Shown: piece after piece, positions 24,001 to 36,000 of the stretch
Layout of the letters: each line of letters begins with the position of its first letter
Position numbering within the stretch: the first letter of the stretch is position 1
Assembly (NCBI GenBank): GCA_000004985.1
Contig: GG738849.1
DNA length: 64,000 bases
From: Naegleria gruberi
Lineage: Eukaryota
Strand: one strand, 5' to 3'
Notes under the pieces: generated by a model
What the model was told of the DNA's origin: nothing
Database searches by the model: none
Seen by the model: only the letters and a program-made list of their open reading frames with translations
Program-made: the position numbers and the translations under genes

Positions 24001-27000
24001 NNNNNNNNNNNNNNNNNNNNNNNNNNNNNNNNNNNNNNNNNNNNNNNNNNNNNNNNNNNNNNNNNNNNNNNNNNNNNNNNNNNNNNNNNNNNNNNNNNNN
24101 NNNNNNNNNNNNNNNNNNNNNNNNNNNNNNNNNNNNNNNNNNNNNNNNNNNNNNNNNNNNNNNNNNNNNNNNNNNNNNNNNNNNNNNNNNNNNNNNNNNN
24201 NNNNNNNNNNNNNNNNNNNNNNNNNNNNNNNNNNNNNNNNNNNNNNNNNNNNNNNNNNNNNNNNNNNNNNNNNNNNNNNNNNNNNNNNNNNNNNNNNNNN
24301 NNNNNNNNNNNNNNNNNNNNNNNNNNNNNNNNNNNNNNNNNNNNNNNNNNNNNNNNNNNNNNNNNNNNNNNNNNNNNNNNNNNNNNNNNNNNNNNNNNNN
24401 NNNNNNNNNNNNNNNNNNNNNNNNNNNNNNNNNNNNNNNNNNNNNNNNNNNNNNNNNNNNNNNNNNNNNNNNNNNNNNNNNNNNNNNNNNNNNNNNNNNN
24501 NNNNNNNNNNNNNNNNNNNNNNNNNNNNNNNNNNNNNNNNNNNNNNNNNNNNNNNNNNNNNNNNNNNNNNNNNNNNNNNNNNNNNNNNNNNNNNNNNNNN
24601 NNNNNNNNNNNNNNNNNNNNNNNNNNNNNNNNNNNNNNNNNNNNNNNNNNNNNNNNNNNNNNNNNNNNNNNNNNNNNNNNNNNNNNNNNNNNNNNNNNNN
24701 NNNNNNNNNNNNNNNNNNNNNNNNNNNNNNNNNNNNNNNNNNNNNNNNNNNNNNNNNNNNNNNNNNNNNNNNNNNNNNNNNNNNNNNNNNNNNNNNNNNN
24801 NNNNNNNNNNNNNNNNNNNNNNNNNNNNNNNNNNNNNNNNNNNNNNNNNNNNNNNNNNNNNNNNNNNNNNNNNNNNNNNNNNNNNNNNNNNNNNNNNNNN
24901 NNNNNNNNNNNNNNNNNNNNNNNNNNNNNNNNNNNNNNNNNNNNNNNNNNNNNNNNNNNNNNNNNNNNNNNNNNNNNNNNNNNNNNNNNNNNNNNNNNNN
25001 NNNNNNNNNNNNNNNNNNNNNNNNNNNNNNNNNNNNNNNNNNNNNNNNNNNNNNNNNNNNNNNNNNNNNNNNNNNNNNNNNNNNNNNNNNNNNNNNNNNN
25101 NNNNNNNNNNNNNNNNNNNNNNNNNNNNNNNNNNNNNNNNNNNNNNNNNNNNNNNNNNNNNNNNNNNNNNNNNNNNNNNNNNNNNNNNNNNNNNNNNNNN
25201 NNNNNNNNNNNNNNNNNNNNNNNNNNNNNNNNNNNNNNNNNNNNNNNNNNNNNNNNNNNNNNNNNNNNNNNNNNNNNNNNNNNNNNNNNNNNNNNNNNNN
25301 NNNNNNNNNNNNNNNNNNNNNNNNNNNNNNNNNNNNNNNNNNNNNNNNNNNNNNNNNNNNNNNNNNNNNNNNNNNNNNNNNNNNNNNNNNNNNNNNNNNN
25401 NNNNNNNNNNNNNNNNNNNNNNNNNNNNNNNNNNNNNNNNNNNNNNNNNNNNNNNNNNNNNNNNNNNNNNNNNNNNNNNNNNNNNNNNNNNNNNNNNNNN
25501 NNNNNNNNNNNNNNNNNNNNNNNNNNNNNNNNNNNNNNNNNNNNNNNNNNNNNNNNNNNNNNNNNNNNNNNNNNNNNNNNNNNNNNNNNNNNNNNNNNNN
25601 NNNNNNNNNNNNNNNNNNNNNNNNNNNNNNNNNNNNNNNNNNNNNNNNNNNNNNNNNNNNNNNNNNNNNNNNNNNNNNNNNNNNNNNNNNNNNNNNNNNN
25701 NNNNNNNNNNNNNNNNNNNNNNNNNNNNNNNNNNNNNNNNNNNNNNNNNNNNNNNNNNNNNNNNNNNNNNNNNNNNNNNNNNNNNNNNNNNNNNNNNNNN
25801 NNNNNNNNNNNNNNNNNNNNNNNNNNNNNNNNNNNNNNNNNNNNNNNNNNNNNNNNNNNNNNNNNNNNNNNNNNNNNNNNNNNNNNNNNNNNNNNNNNNN
25901 NNNNNNNNNNNNNNNNNNNNNNNNNNNNNNNNNNNNNNNNNNNNNNNNNNNNNNNNNNNNNNNNNNNNNNNNNNNNNNNNNNNNNNNNNNNNNNNNNNNN
26001 NNNNNNNNNNNNNNNNNNNNNNNNNNNNNNNNNNNNNNNNNNNNNNNNNNNNNNNNNNNNNNNNNNNNNNNNNNNNNNNNNNNNNNNNNNNNNNNNNNNN
26101 NNNNNNNNNNNNNNNNNNNNNNNNNNNNNNNNNNNNNNNNNNNNNNNNNNNNNNNNNNNNNNNNNNNNNNNNNNNNNNNNNNNNNNNNNNNNNNNNNNNN
26201 NNNNNNNNNNNNNNNNNNNNNNNNNNNNNNNNNNNNNNNNNNNNNNNNNNNNNNNNNNNNNNNNNNNNNNNNNNNNNNNNNNNNNNNNNNNNNNNNNNNN
26301 NNNNNNNNNNNNNNNNNNNNNNNNNNNNNNNNNNNNNNNNNNNNNNNNNNNNNNNNNNNNNNNNNNNNNNNNNNNNNNNNNNNNNNNNNNNNNNNNNNNN
26401 NNNNNNNNNNNNNNNNNNNNNNNNNNNNNNNNNNNNNNNNNNNNNNNNNNNNNNNNNNNNNNNNNNNNNNNNNNNNNNNNNNNNNNNNNNNNNNNNNNNN
26501 NNNNNNNNNNNNNNNNNNNNNNNNNNNNNNNNNNNNNNNNNNNNNNNNNNNNNNNNNNNNNNNNNNNNNNNNNNNNNNNNNNNNNNNNNNNNNNNNNNNN
26601 NNNNNNNNNNNNNNNNNNNNNNNNNNNNNNNNNNNNNNNNNNNNNNNNNNNNNNNNNNNNNNNNNNNNNNNNNNNNNNNNNNNNNNNNNNNNNNNNNNNN
26701 NNNNNNNNNNNNNNNNNNNNNNNNNNNNNNNNNNNNNNNNNNNNNNNNNNNNNNNNNNNNNNNNNNNNNNNNNNNNNNNNNNNNNNNNNNNNNNNNNNNN
26801 NNNNNNNNNNNNNNNNNNNNNNNNNNNNNNNNNNNNNNNNNNNNNNNNNNNNNNNNNNNNNNNNNNNNNNNNNNNNNNNNNNNNNNNNNNNNNNNNNNNN
26901 NNNNNNNNNNNNNNNNNNNNNNNNNNNNNNNNNNNNNNNNNNNNNNNNNNNNNNNNNNNNNNNNNNNNNNNNNNNNNNNNNNNNNNNNNNNNNNNNNNNN

Positions 27001-30000
27001 NNNNNNNNNNNNNNNNNNNNNNNNNNNNNNNNNNNNNNNNNNNNNNNNNNNNNNNNNNNNNNNNNNNNNNNNNNNNNNNNNNNNNNNNNNNNNNNNNNNN
27101 NNNNNNNNNNNNNNNNNNNNNNNNNNNNNNNNNNNNNNNNNNNNNNNNNNNNNNNNNNNNNNNNNNNNNNNNNNNNNNNNNNNNNNNNNNNNNNNNNNNN
27201 NNNNNNNNNNNNNNNNNNNNNNNNNNNNNNNNNNNNNNNNNNNNNNNNNNNNNNNNNNNNNNNNNNNNNNNNNNNNNNNNNNNNNNNNNNNNNNNNNNNN
27301 NNNNNNNNNNNNNNNNNNNNNNNNNNNNNNNNNNNNNNNNNNNNNNNNNNNNNNNNNNNNNNNNNNNNNNNNNNNNNNNNNNNNNNNNNNNNNNNNNNNN
27401 NNNNNNNNNNNNNNNNNNNNNNNNNNNNNNNNNNNNNNNNNNNNNNNNNNNNNNNNNNNNNNNNNNNNNNNNNNNNNNNNNNNNNNNNNNNNNNNNNNNN
27501 NNNNNNNNNNNNNNNNNNNNNNNNNNNNNNNNNNNNNNNNNNNNNNNNNNNNNNNNNNNNNNNNNNNNNNNNNNNNNNNNNNNNNNNNNNNNNNNNNNNN
27601 NNNNNNNNNNNNNNNNNNNNNNNNNNNNNNNNNNNNNNNNNNNNNNNNNNNNNNNNNNNNNNNNNNNNNNNNNNNNNNNNNNNNNNNNNNNNNNNNNNNN
27701 NNNNNNNNNNNNNNNNNNNNNNNNNNNNNNNNNNNNNNNNNNNNNNNNNNNNNNNNNNNNNNNNNNNNNNNNNNNNNNNNNNNNNNNNNNNNNNNNNNNN
27801 NNNNNNNNNNNNNNNNNNNNNNNNNNNNNNNNNNNNNNNNNNNNNNNNNNNNNNNNNNNNNNNNNNNNNNNNNNNNNNNNNNNNNNNNNNNNNNNNNNNN
27901 NNNNNNNNNNNNNNNNNNNNNNNNNNNNNNNNNNNNNNNNNNNNNNNNNNNNNNNNNNNNNNNNNNNNNNNNNNNNNNNNNNNNNNNNNNNNNNNNNNNN
28001 NNNNNNNNNNNNNNNNNNNNNNNNNNNNNNNNNNNNNNNNNNNNNNNNNNNNNNNNNNNNNNNNNNNNNNNNNNNNNNNNNNNNNNNNNNNNNNNNNNNN
28101 NNNNNNNNNNNNNNNNNNNNNNNNNNNNNNNNNNNNNNNNNNNNNNNNNNNNNNNNNNNNNNNNNNNNNNNNNNNNNNNNNNNNNNNNNNNNNNNNNNNN
28201 NNNNNNNNNNNNNNNNNNNNNNNNNNNNNNNNNNNNNNNNNNNNNNNNNNNNNNNNNNNNNNNNNNNNNNNNNNNNNNNNNNNNNNNNNNNNNNNNNNNN
28301 NNNNNNNNNNNNNNNNNNNNNNNNNNNNNNNNNNNNNNNNNNNNNNNNNNNNNNNNNNNNNNNNNNNNNNNNNNNNNNNNNNNNNNNNNNNNNNNNNNNN
28401 NNNNNNNNNNNNNNNNNNNNNNNNNNNNNNNNNNNNNNNNNNNNNNNNNNNNNNNNNNNNNNNNNNNNNNNNNNNNNNNNNNNNNNNNNNNNNNNNNNNN
28501 NNNNNNNNNNNNNNNNNNNNNNNNNNNNNNNNNNNNNNNNNNNNNNNNNNNNNNNNNNNNNNNNNNNNNNNNNNNNNNNNNNNNNNNNNNNNNNNNNNNN
28601 NNNNNNNNNNNNNNNNNNNNNNNNNNNNNNNNNNNNNNNNNNNNNNNNNNNNNNNNNNNNNNNNNNNNNNNNNNNNNNNNNNNNNNNNNNNNNNNNNNNN
28701 NNNNNNNNNNNNNNNNNNNNNNNNNNNNNNNNNNNNNNNNNNNNNNNNNNNNNNNNNNNNNNNNNNNNNNNNNNNNNNNNNNNNNNNNNNNNNNNNNNNN
28801 NNNNNNNNNNNNNNNNNNNNNNNNNNNNNNNNNNNNNNNNNNNNNNNNNNNNNNNNNNNNNNNNNNNNNNNNNNNNNNNNNNNNNNNNNNNNNNNNNNNN
28901 NNNNNNNNNNNNNNNNNNNNNNNNNNNNNNNNNNNNNNNNNNNNNNNNNNNNNNNNNNNNNNNNNNNNNNNNNNNNNNNNNNNNNNNNNNNNNNNNNNNN
29001 NNNNNNNNNNNNNNNNNNNNNNNNNNNNNNNNNNNNNNNNNNNNNNNNNNNNNNNNNNNNNNNNNNNNNNNNNNNNNNNNNNNNNNNNNNNNNNNNNNNN
29101 NNNNNNNNNNNNNNNNNNNNNNNNNNNNNNNNNNNNNNNNNNNNNNNNNNNNNNNNNNNNNNNNNNNNNNNNNNNNNNNNNNNNNNNNNNNNNNNNNNNN
29201 NNNNNNNNNNNNNNNNNNNNNNNNNNNNNNNNNNNNNNNNNNNNNNNNNNNNNNNNNNNNNNNNNNNNNNNNNNNNNNNNNNNNNNNNNNNNNNNNNNNN
29301 NNNNNNNNNNNNNNNNNNNNNNNNNNNNNNNNNNNNNNNNNNNNNNNNNNNNNNNNNNNNNNNNNNNNNNNNNNNNNNNNNNNNNNNNNNNNNNNNNNNN
29401 NNNNNNNNNNNNNNNNNNNNNNNNNNNNNNNNNNNNNNNNNNNNNNNNNNNNNNNNNNNNNNNNNNNNNNNNNNNNNNNNNNNNNNNNNNNNNNNNNNNN
29501 NNNNNNNNNNNNNNNNNNNNNNNNNNNNNNNNNNNNNNNNNNNNNNNNNNNNNNNNNNNNNNNNNNNNNNNNNNNNNNNNNNNNNNNNNNNNNNNNNNNN
29601 NNNNNNNNNNNNNNNNNNNNNNNNNNNNNNNNNNNNNNNNNNNNNNNNNNNNNNNNNNNNNNNNNNNNNNNNNNNNNNNNNNNNNNNNNNNNNNNNNNNN
29701 NNNNNNNNNNNNNNNNNNNNNNNNNNNNNNNNNNNNNNNNNNNNNNNNNNNNNNNNNNNNNNNNNNNNNNNNNNNNNNNNNNNNNNNNNNNNNNNNNNNN
29801 NNNNNNNNNNNNNNNNNNNNNNNNNNNNNNNNNNNNNNNNNNNNNNNNNNNNNNNNNNNNNNNNNNNNNNNNNNNNNNNNNNNNNNNNNNNNNNNNNNNN
29901 NNNNNNNNNNNNNNNNNNNNNNNNNNNNNNNNNNNNNNNNNNNNNNNNNNNNNNNNNNNNNNNNNNNNNNNNNNNNNNNNNNNNNNNNNNNNNNNNNNNN

Positions 30001-33000
30001 NNNNNNNNNNNNNNNNNNNNNNNNNNNNNNNNNNNNNNNNNNNNNNNNNNNNNNNNNNNNNNNNNNNNNNNNNNNNNNNNNNNNNNNNNNNNNNNNNNNN
30101 NNNNNNNNNNNNNNNNNNNNNNNNNNNNNNNNNNNNNNNNNNNNNNNNNNNNNNNNNNNNNNNNNNNNNNNNNNNNNNNNNNNNNNNNNNNNNNNNNNNN
30201 NNNNNNNNNNNNNNNNNNNNNNNNNNNNNNNNNNNNNNNNNNNNNNNNNNNNNNNNNNNNNNNNNNNNNNNNNNNNNNNNNNNNNNNNNNNNNNNNNNNN
30301 NNNNNNNNNNNNNNNNNNNNNNNNNNNNNNNNNNNNNNNNNNNNNNNNNNNNNNNNNNNNNNNNNNNNNNNNNNNNNNNNNNNNNNNNNNNNNNNNNNNN
30401 NNNNNNNNNNNNNNNNNNNNNNNNNNNNNNNNNNNNNNNNNNNNNNNNNNNNNNNNNNNNNNNNNNNNNNNNNNNNNNNNNNNNNNNNNNNNNNNNNNNN
30501 NNNNNNNNNNNNNNNNNNNNNNNNNNNNNNNNNNNNNNNNNNNNNNNNNNNNNNNNNNNNNNNNNNNNNNNNNNNNNNNNNNNNNNNNNNNNNNNNNNNN
30601 NNNNNNNNNNNNNNNNNNNNNNNNNNNNNNNNNNNNNNNNNNNNNNNNNNNNNNNNNNNNNNNNNNNNNNNNNNNNNNNNNNNNNNNNNNNNNNNNNNNN
30701 NNNNNNNNNNNNNNNNNNNNNNNNNNNNNNNNNNNNNNNNNNNNNNNNNNNNNNNNNNNNNNNNNNNNNNNNNNNNNNNNNNNNNNNNNNNNNNNNNNNN
30801 NNNNNNNNNNNNNNNNNNNNNNNNNNNNNNNNNNNNNNNNNNNNNNNNNNNNNNNNNNNNNNNNNNNNNNNNNNNNNNNNNNNNNNNNNNNNNNNNNNNN
30901 NNNNNNNNNNNNNNNNNNNNNNNNNNNNNNNNNNNNNNNNNNNNNNNNNNNNNNNNNNNNNNNNNNNNNNNNNNNNNNNNNNNNNNNNNNNNNNNNNNNN
31001 NNNNNNNNNNNNNNNNNNNNNNNNNNNNNNNNNNNNNNNNNNNNNNNNNNNNNNNNNNNNNNNNNNNNNNNNNNNNNNNNNNNNNNNNNNNNNNNNNNNN
31101 NNNNNNNNNNNNNNNNNNNNNNNNNNNNNNNNNNNNNNNNNNNNNNNNNNNNNNNNNNNNNNNNNNNNNNNNNNNNNNNNNNNNNNNNNNNNNNNNNNNN
31201 NNNNNNNNNNNNNNNNNNNNNNNNNNNNNNNNNNNNNNNNNNNNNNNNNNNNNNNNNNNNNNNNNNNNNNNNNNNNNNNNNNNNNNNNNNNNNNNNNNNN
31301 NNNNNNNNNNNNNNNNNNNNNNNNNNNNNNNNNNNNNNNNNNNNNNNNNNNNNNNNNNNNNNNNNNNNNNNNNNNNNNNNNNNNNNNNNNNNNNNNNNNN
31401 NNNNNNNNNNNNNNNNNNNNNNNNNNNNNNNNNNNNNNNNNNNNNNNNNNNNNNNNNNNNNNNNNNNNNNNNNNNNNNNNNNNNNNNNNNNNNNNNNNNN
31501 NNNNNNNNNNNNNNNNNNNNNNNNNNNNNNNNNNNNNNNNNNNNNNNNNNNNNNNNNNNNNNNNNNNNNNNNNNNNNNNNNNNNNNNNNNNNNNNNNNNN
31601 NNNNNNNNNNNNNNNNNNNNNNNNNNNNNNNNNNNNNNNNNNNNNNNNNNNNNNNNNNNNNNNNNNNNNNNNNNNNNNNNNNNNNNNNNNNNNNNNNNNN
31701 NNNNNNNNNNNNNNNNNNNNNNNNNNNNNNNNNNNNNNNNNNNNNNNNNNNNNNNNNNNNNNNNNNNNNNNNNNNNNNNNNNNNNNNNNNNNNNNNNNNN
31801 NNNNNNNNNNNNNNNNNNNNNNNNNNNNNNNNNNNNNNNNNNNNNNNNNNNNNNNNNNNNNNNNNNNNNNNNNNNNNNNNNNNNNNNNNNNNNNNNNNNN
31901 NNNNNNNNNNNNNNNNNNNNNNNNNNNNNNNNNNNNNNNNNNNNNNNNNNNNNNNNNNNNNNNNNNNNNNNNNNNNNNNNNNNNNNNNNNNNNNNNNNNN
32001 NNNNNNNNNNNNNNNNNNNNNNNNNNNNNNNNNNNNNNNNNNNNNNNNNNNNNNNNNNNNNNNNNNNNNNNNNNNNNNNNNNNNNNNNNNNNNNNNNNNN
32101 NNNNNNNNNNNNNNNNNNNNNNNNNNNNNNNNNNNNNNNNNNNNNNNNNNNNNNNNNNNNNNNNNNNNNNNNNNNNNNNNNNNNNNNNNNNNNNNNNNNN
32201 NNNNNNNNNNNNNNNNNNNNNNNNNNNNNNNNNNNNNNNNNNNNNNNNNNNNNNNNNNNNNNNNNNNNNNNNNNNNNNNNNNNNNNNNNNNNNNNNNNNN
32301 NNNNNNNNNNNNNNNNNNNNNNNNNNNNNNNNNNNNNNNNNNNNNNNNNNNNNNNNNNNNNNNNNNNNNNNNNNNNNNNNNNNNNNNNNNNNNNNNNNNN
32401 NNNNNNNNNNNNNNNNNNNNNNNNNNNNNNNNNNNNNNNNNNNNNNNNNNNNNNNNNNNNNNNNNNNNNNNNNNNNNNNNNNNNNNNNNNNNNNNNNNNN
32501 NNNNNNNNNNNNNNNNNNNNNNNNNNNNNNNNNNNNNNNNNNNNNNNNNNNNNNNNNNNNNNNNNNNNNNNNNNNNNNNNNNNNNNNNNNNNNNNNNNNN
32601 NNNNNNNNNNNNNNNNNNNNNNNNNNNNNNNNNNNNNNNNNNNNNNNNNNNNNNNNNNNNNNNNNNNNNNNNNNNNNNNNNNNNNNNNNNNNNNNNNNNN
32701 NNNNNNNNNNNNNNNNNNNNNNNNNNNNNNNNNNNNNNNNNNNNNNNNNNNNNNNNNNNNNNNNNNNNNNNNNNNNNNNNNNNNNNNNNNNNNNNNNNNN
32801 NNNNNNNNNNNNNNNNNNNNNNNNNNNNNNNNNNNNNNNNNNNNNNNNNNNNNNNNNNNNNNNNNNNNNNNNNNNNNNNNNNNNNNNNNNNNNNNNNNNN
32901 NNNNNNNNNNNNNNNNNNNNNNNNNNNNNNNNNNNNNNNNNNNNNNNNNNNNNNNNNNNNNNNNNNNNNNNNNNNNNNNNNNNNNNNNNNNNNNNNNNNN

Positions 33001-36000
33001 NNNNNNNNNNNNNNNNNNNNNNNNNNNNNNNNNNNNNNNNNNNNNNNNNNNNNNNNNNNNNNNNNNNNNNNNNNNNNNNNNNNNNNNNNNNNNNNNNNNN
33101 NNNNNNNNNNNNNNNNNNNNNNNNNNNNNNNNNNNNNNNNNNNNNNNNNNNNNNNNNNNNNNNNNNNNNNNNNNNNNNNNNNNNNNNNNNNNNNNNNNNN
33201 NNNNNNNNNNNNNNNNNNNNNNNNNNNNNNNNNNNNNNNNNNNNNNNNNNNNNNNNNNNNNNNNNNNNNNNNNNNNNNNNNNNNNNNNNNNNNNNNNNNN
33301 NNNNNNNNNNNNNNNNNNNNNNNNNNNNNNNNNNNNNNNNNNNNNNNNNNNNNNNNNNNNNNNNNNNNNNNNNNNNNNNNNNNNNNNNNNNNNNNNNNNN
33401 NNNNNNNNNNNNNNNNNNNNNNNNNNNNNNNNNNNNNNNNNNNNNNNNNNNNNNNNNNNNNNNNNNNNNNNNNNNNNNNNNNNNNNNNNNNNNNNNNNNN
33501 NNNNNNNNNNNNNNNNNNNNNNNNNNNNNNNNNNNNNNNNNNNNNNNNNNNNNNNNNNNNNNNNNNNNNNNNNNNNNNNNNNNNNNNNNNNNNNNNNNNN
33601 NNNNNNNNNNNNNNNNNNNNNNNNNNNNNNNNNNNNNNNNNNNNNNNNNNNNNNNNNNNNNNNNNNNNNNNNNNNNNNNNNNNNNNNNNNNNNNNNNNNN
33701 NNNNNNNNNNNNNNNNNNNNNNNNNNNNNNNNNNNNNNNNNNNNNNNNNNNNNNNNNNNNNNNNNNNNNNNNNNNNNNNNNNNNNNNNNNNNNNNNNNNN
33801 NNNNNNNNNNNNNNNNNNNNNNNNNNNNNNNNNNNNNNNNNNNNNNNNNNNNNNNNNNNNNNNNNNNNNNNNNNNNNNNNNNNNNNNNNNNNNNNNNNNN
33901 NNNNNNNNNNNNNNNNNNNNNNNNNNNNNNNNNNNNNNNNNNNNNNNNNNNNNNNNNNNNNNNNNNNNNNNNNNNNNNNNNNNNNNNNNNNNNNNNNNNN
34001 NNNNNNNNNNNNNNNNNNNNNNNNNNNNNNNNNNNNNNNNNNNNNNNNNNNNNNNNNNNNNNNNNNNNNNNNNNNNNNNNNNNNNNNNNNNNNNNNNNNN
34101 NNNNNNNNNNNNNNNNNNNNNNNNNNNNNNNNNNNNNNNNNNNNNNNNNNNNNNNNNNNNNNNNNNNNNNNNNNNNNNNNNNNNNNNNNNNNNNNNNNNN
34201 NNNNNNNNNNNNNNNNNNNNNNNNNNNNNNNNNNNNNNNNNNNNNNNNNNNNNNNNNNNNNNNNNNNNNNNNNNNNNNNNNNNNNNNNNNNNNNNNNNNN
34301 NNNNNNNNNNNNNNNNNNNNNNNNNNNNNNNNNNNNNNNNNNNNNNNNNNNNNNNNNNNNNNNNNNNNNNNNNNNNNNNNNNNNNNNNNNNNNNNNNNNN
34401 NNNNNNNNNNNNNNNNNNNNNNNNNNNNNNNNNNNNNNNNNNNNNNNNNNNNNNNNNNNNNNNNNNNNNNNNNNNNNNNNNNNNNNNNNNNNNNNNNNNN
34501 NNNNNNNNNNNNNNNNNNNNNNNNNNNNNNNNNNNNNNNNNNNNNNNNNNNNNNNNNNNNNNNNNNNNNNNNNNNNNNNNNNNNNNNNNNNNNNNNNNNN
34601 NNNNNNNNNNNNNNNNNNNNNNNNNNNNNNNNNNNNNNNNNNNNNNNNNNNNNNNNNNNNNNNNNNNNNNNNNNNNNNNNNNNNNNNNNNNNNNNNNNNN
34701 NNNNNNNNNNNNNNNNNNNNNNNNNNNNNNNNNNNNNNNNNNNNNNNNNNNNNNNNNNNNNNNNNNNNNNNNNNNNNNNNNNNNNNNNNNNNNNNNNNNN
34801 NNNNNNNNNNNNNNNNNNNNNNNNNNNNNNNNNNNNNNNNNNNNNNNNNNNNNNNNNNNNNNNNNNNNNNNNNNNNNNNNNNNNNNNNNNNNNNNNNNNN
34901 NNNNNNNNNNNNNNNNNNNNNNNNNNNNNNNNNNNNNNNNNNNNNNNNNNNNNNNNNNNNNNNNNNNNNNNNNNNNNNNNNNNNNNNNNNNNNNNNNNNN
35001 NNNNNNNNNNNNNNNNNNNNNNNNNNNNNNNNNNNNNNNNNNNNNNNNNNNNNNNNNNNNNNNNNNNNNNNNNNNNNNNNNNNNNNNNNNNNNNNNNNNN
35101 NNNNNNNNNNNNNNNNNNNNNNNNNNNNNNNNNNNNNNNNNNNNNNNNNNNNNNNNNNNNNNNNNNNNNNNNNNNNNNNNNNNNNNNNNNNNNNNNNNNN
35201 NNNNNNNNNNNNNNNNNNNNNNNNNNNNNNNNNNNNNNNNNNNNNNNNNNNNNNNNNNNNNNNNNNNNNNNNNNNNNNNNNNNNNNNNNNNNNNNNNNNN
35301 NNNNNNNNNNNNNNNNNNNNNNNNNNNNNNNNNNNNNNNNNNNNNNNNNNNNNNNNNNNNNNNNNNNNNNNNNNNNNNNNNNNNNNNNNNNNNNNNNNNN
35401 NNNNNNNNNNNNNNNNNNNNNNNNNNNNNNNNNNNNNNNNNNNNNNNNNNNNNNNNNNNNNNNNNNNNNNNNNNNNNNNNNNNNNNNNNNNNNNNNNNNN
35501 NNNNNNNNNNNNNNNNNNNNNNNNNNNNNNNNNNNNNNNNNNNNNNNNNNNNNNNNNNNNNNNNNNNNNNNNNNNNNNNNNNNNNNNNNNNNNNNNNNNN
35601 NNNNNNNNNNNNNNNNNNNNNNNNNNNNNNNNNNNNNNNNNNNNNNNNNNNNNNNNNNNNNNNNNNNNNNNNNNNNNNNNNNNNNNNNNNNNNNNNNNNN
35701 NNNNNNNNNNNNNNNNNNNNNNNNNNNNNNNNNNNNNNNNNNNNNNNNNNNNNNNNNNNNNNNNNNNNNNNNNNNNNNNNNNNNNNNNNNNNNNNNNNNN
35801 NNNNNNNNNNNNNNNNNNNNNNNNNNNNNNNNNNNNNNNNNNNNNNNNNNNNNNNNNNNNNNNNNNNNNNNNNNNNNNNNNNNNNNNNNNNNNNNNNNNN
35901 NNNNNNNNNNNNNNNNNNNNNNNNNNNNNNNNNNNNNNNNNNNNNNNNNNNNNNNNNNNNNNNNNNNNNNNNNNNNNNNNNNNNNNNNNNNNNNNNNNNN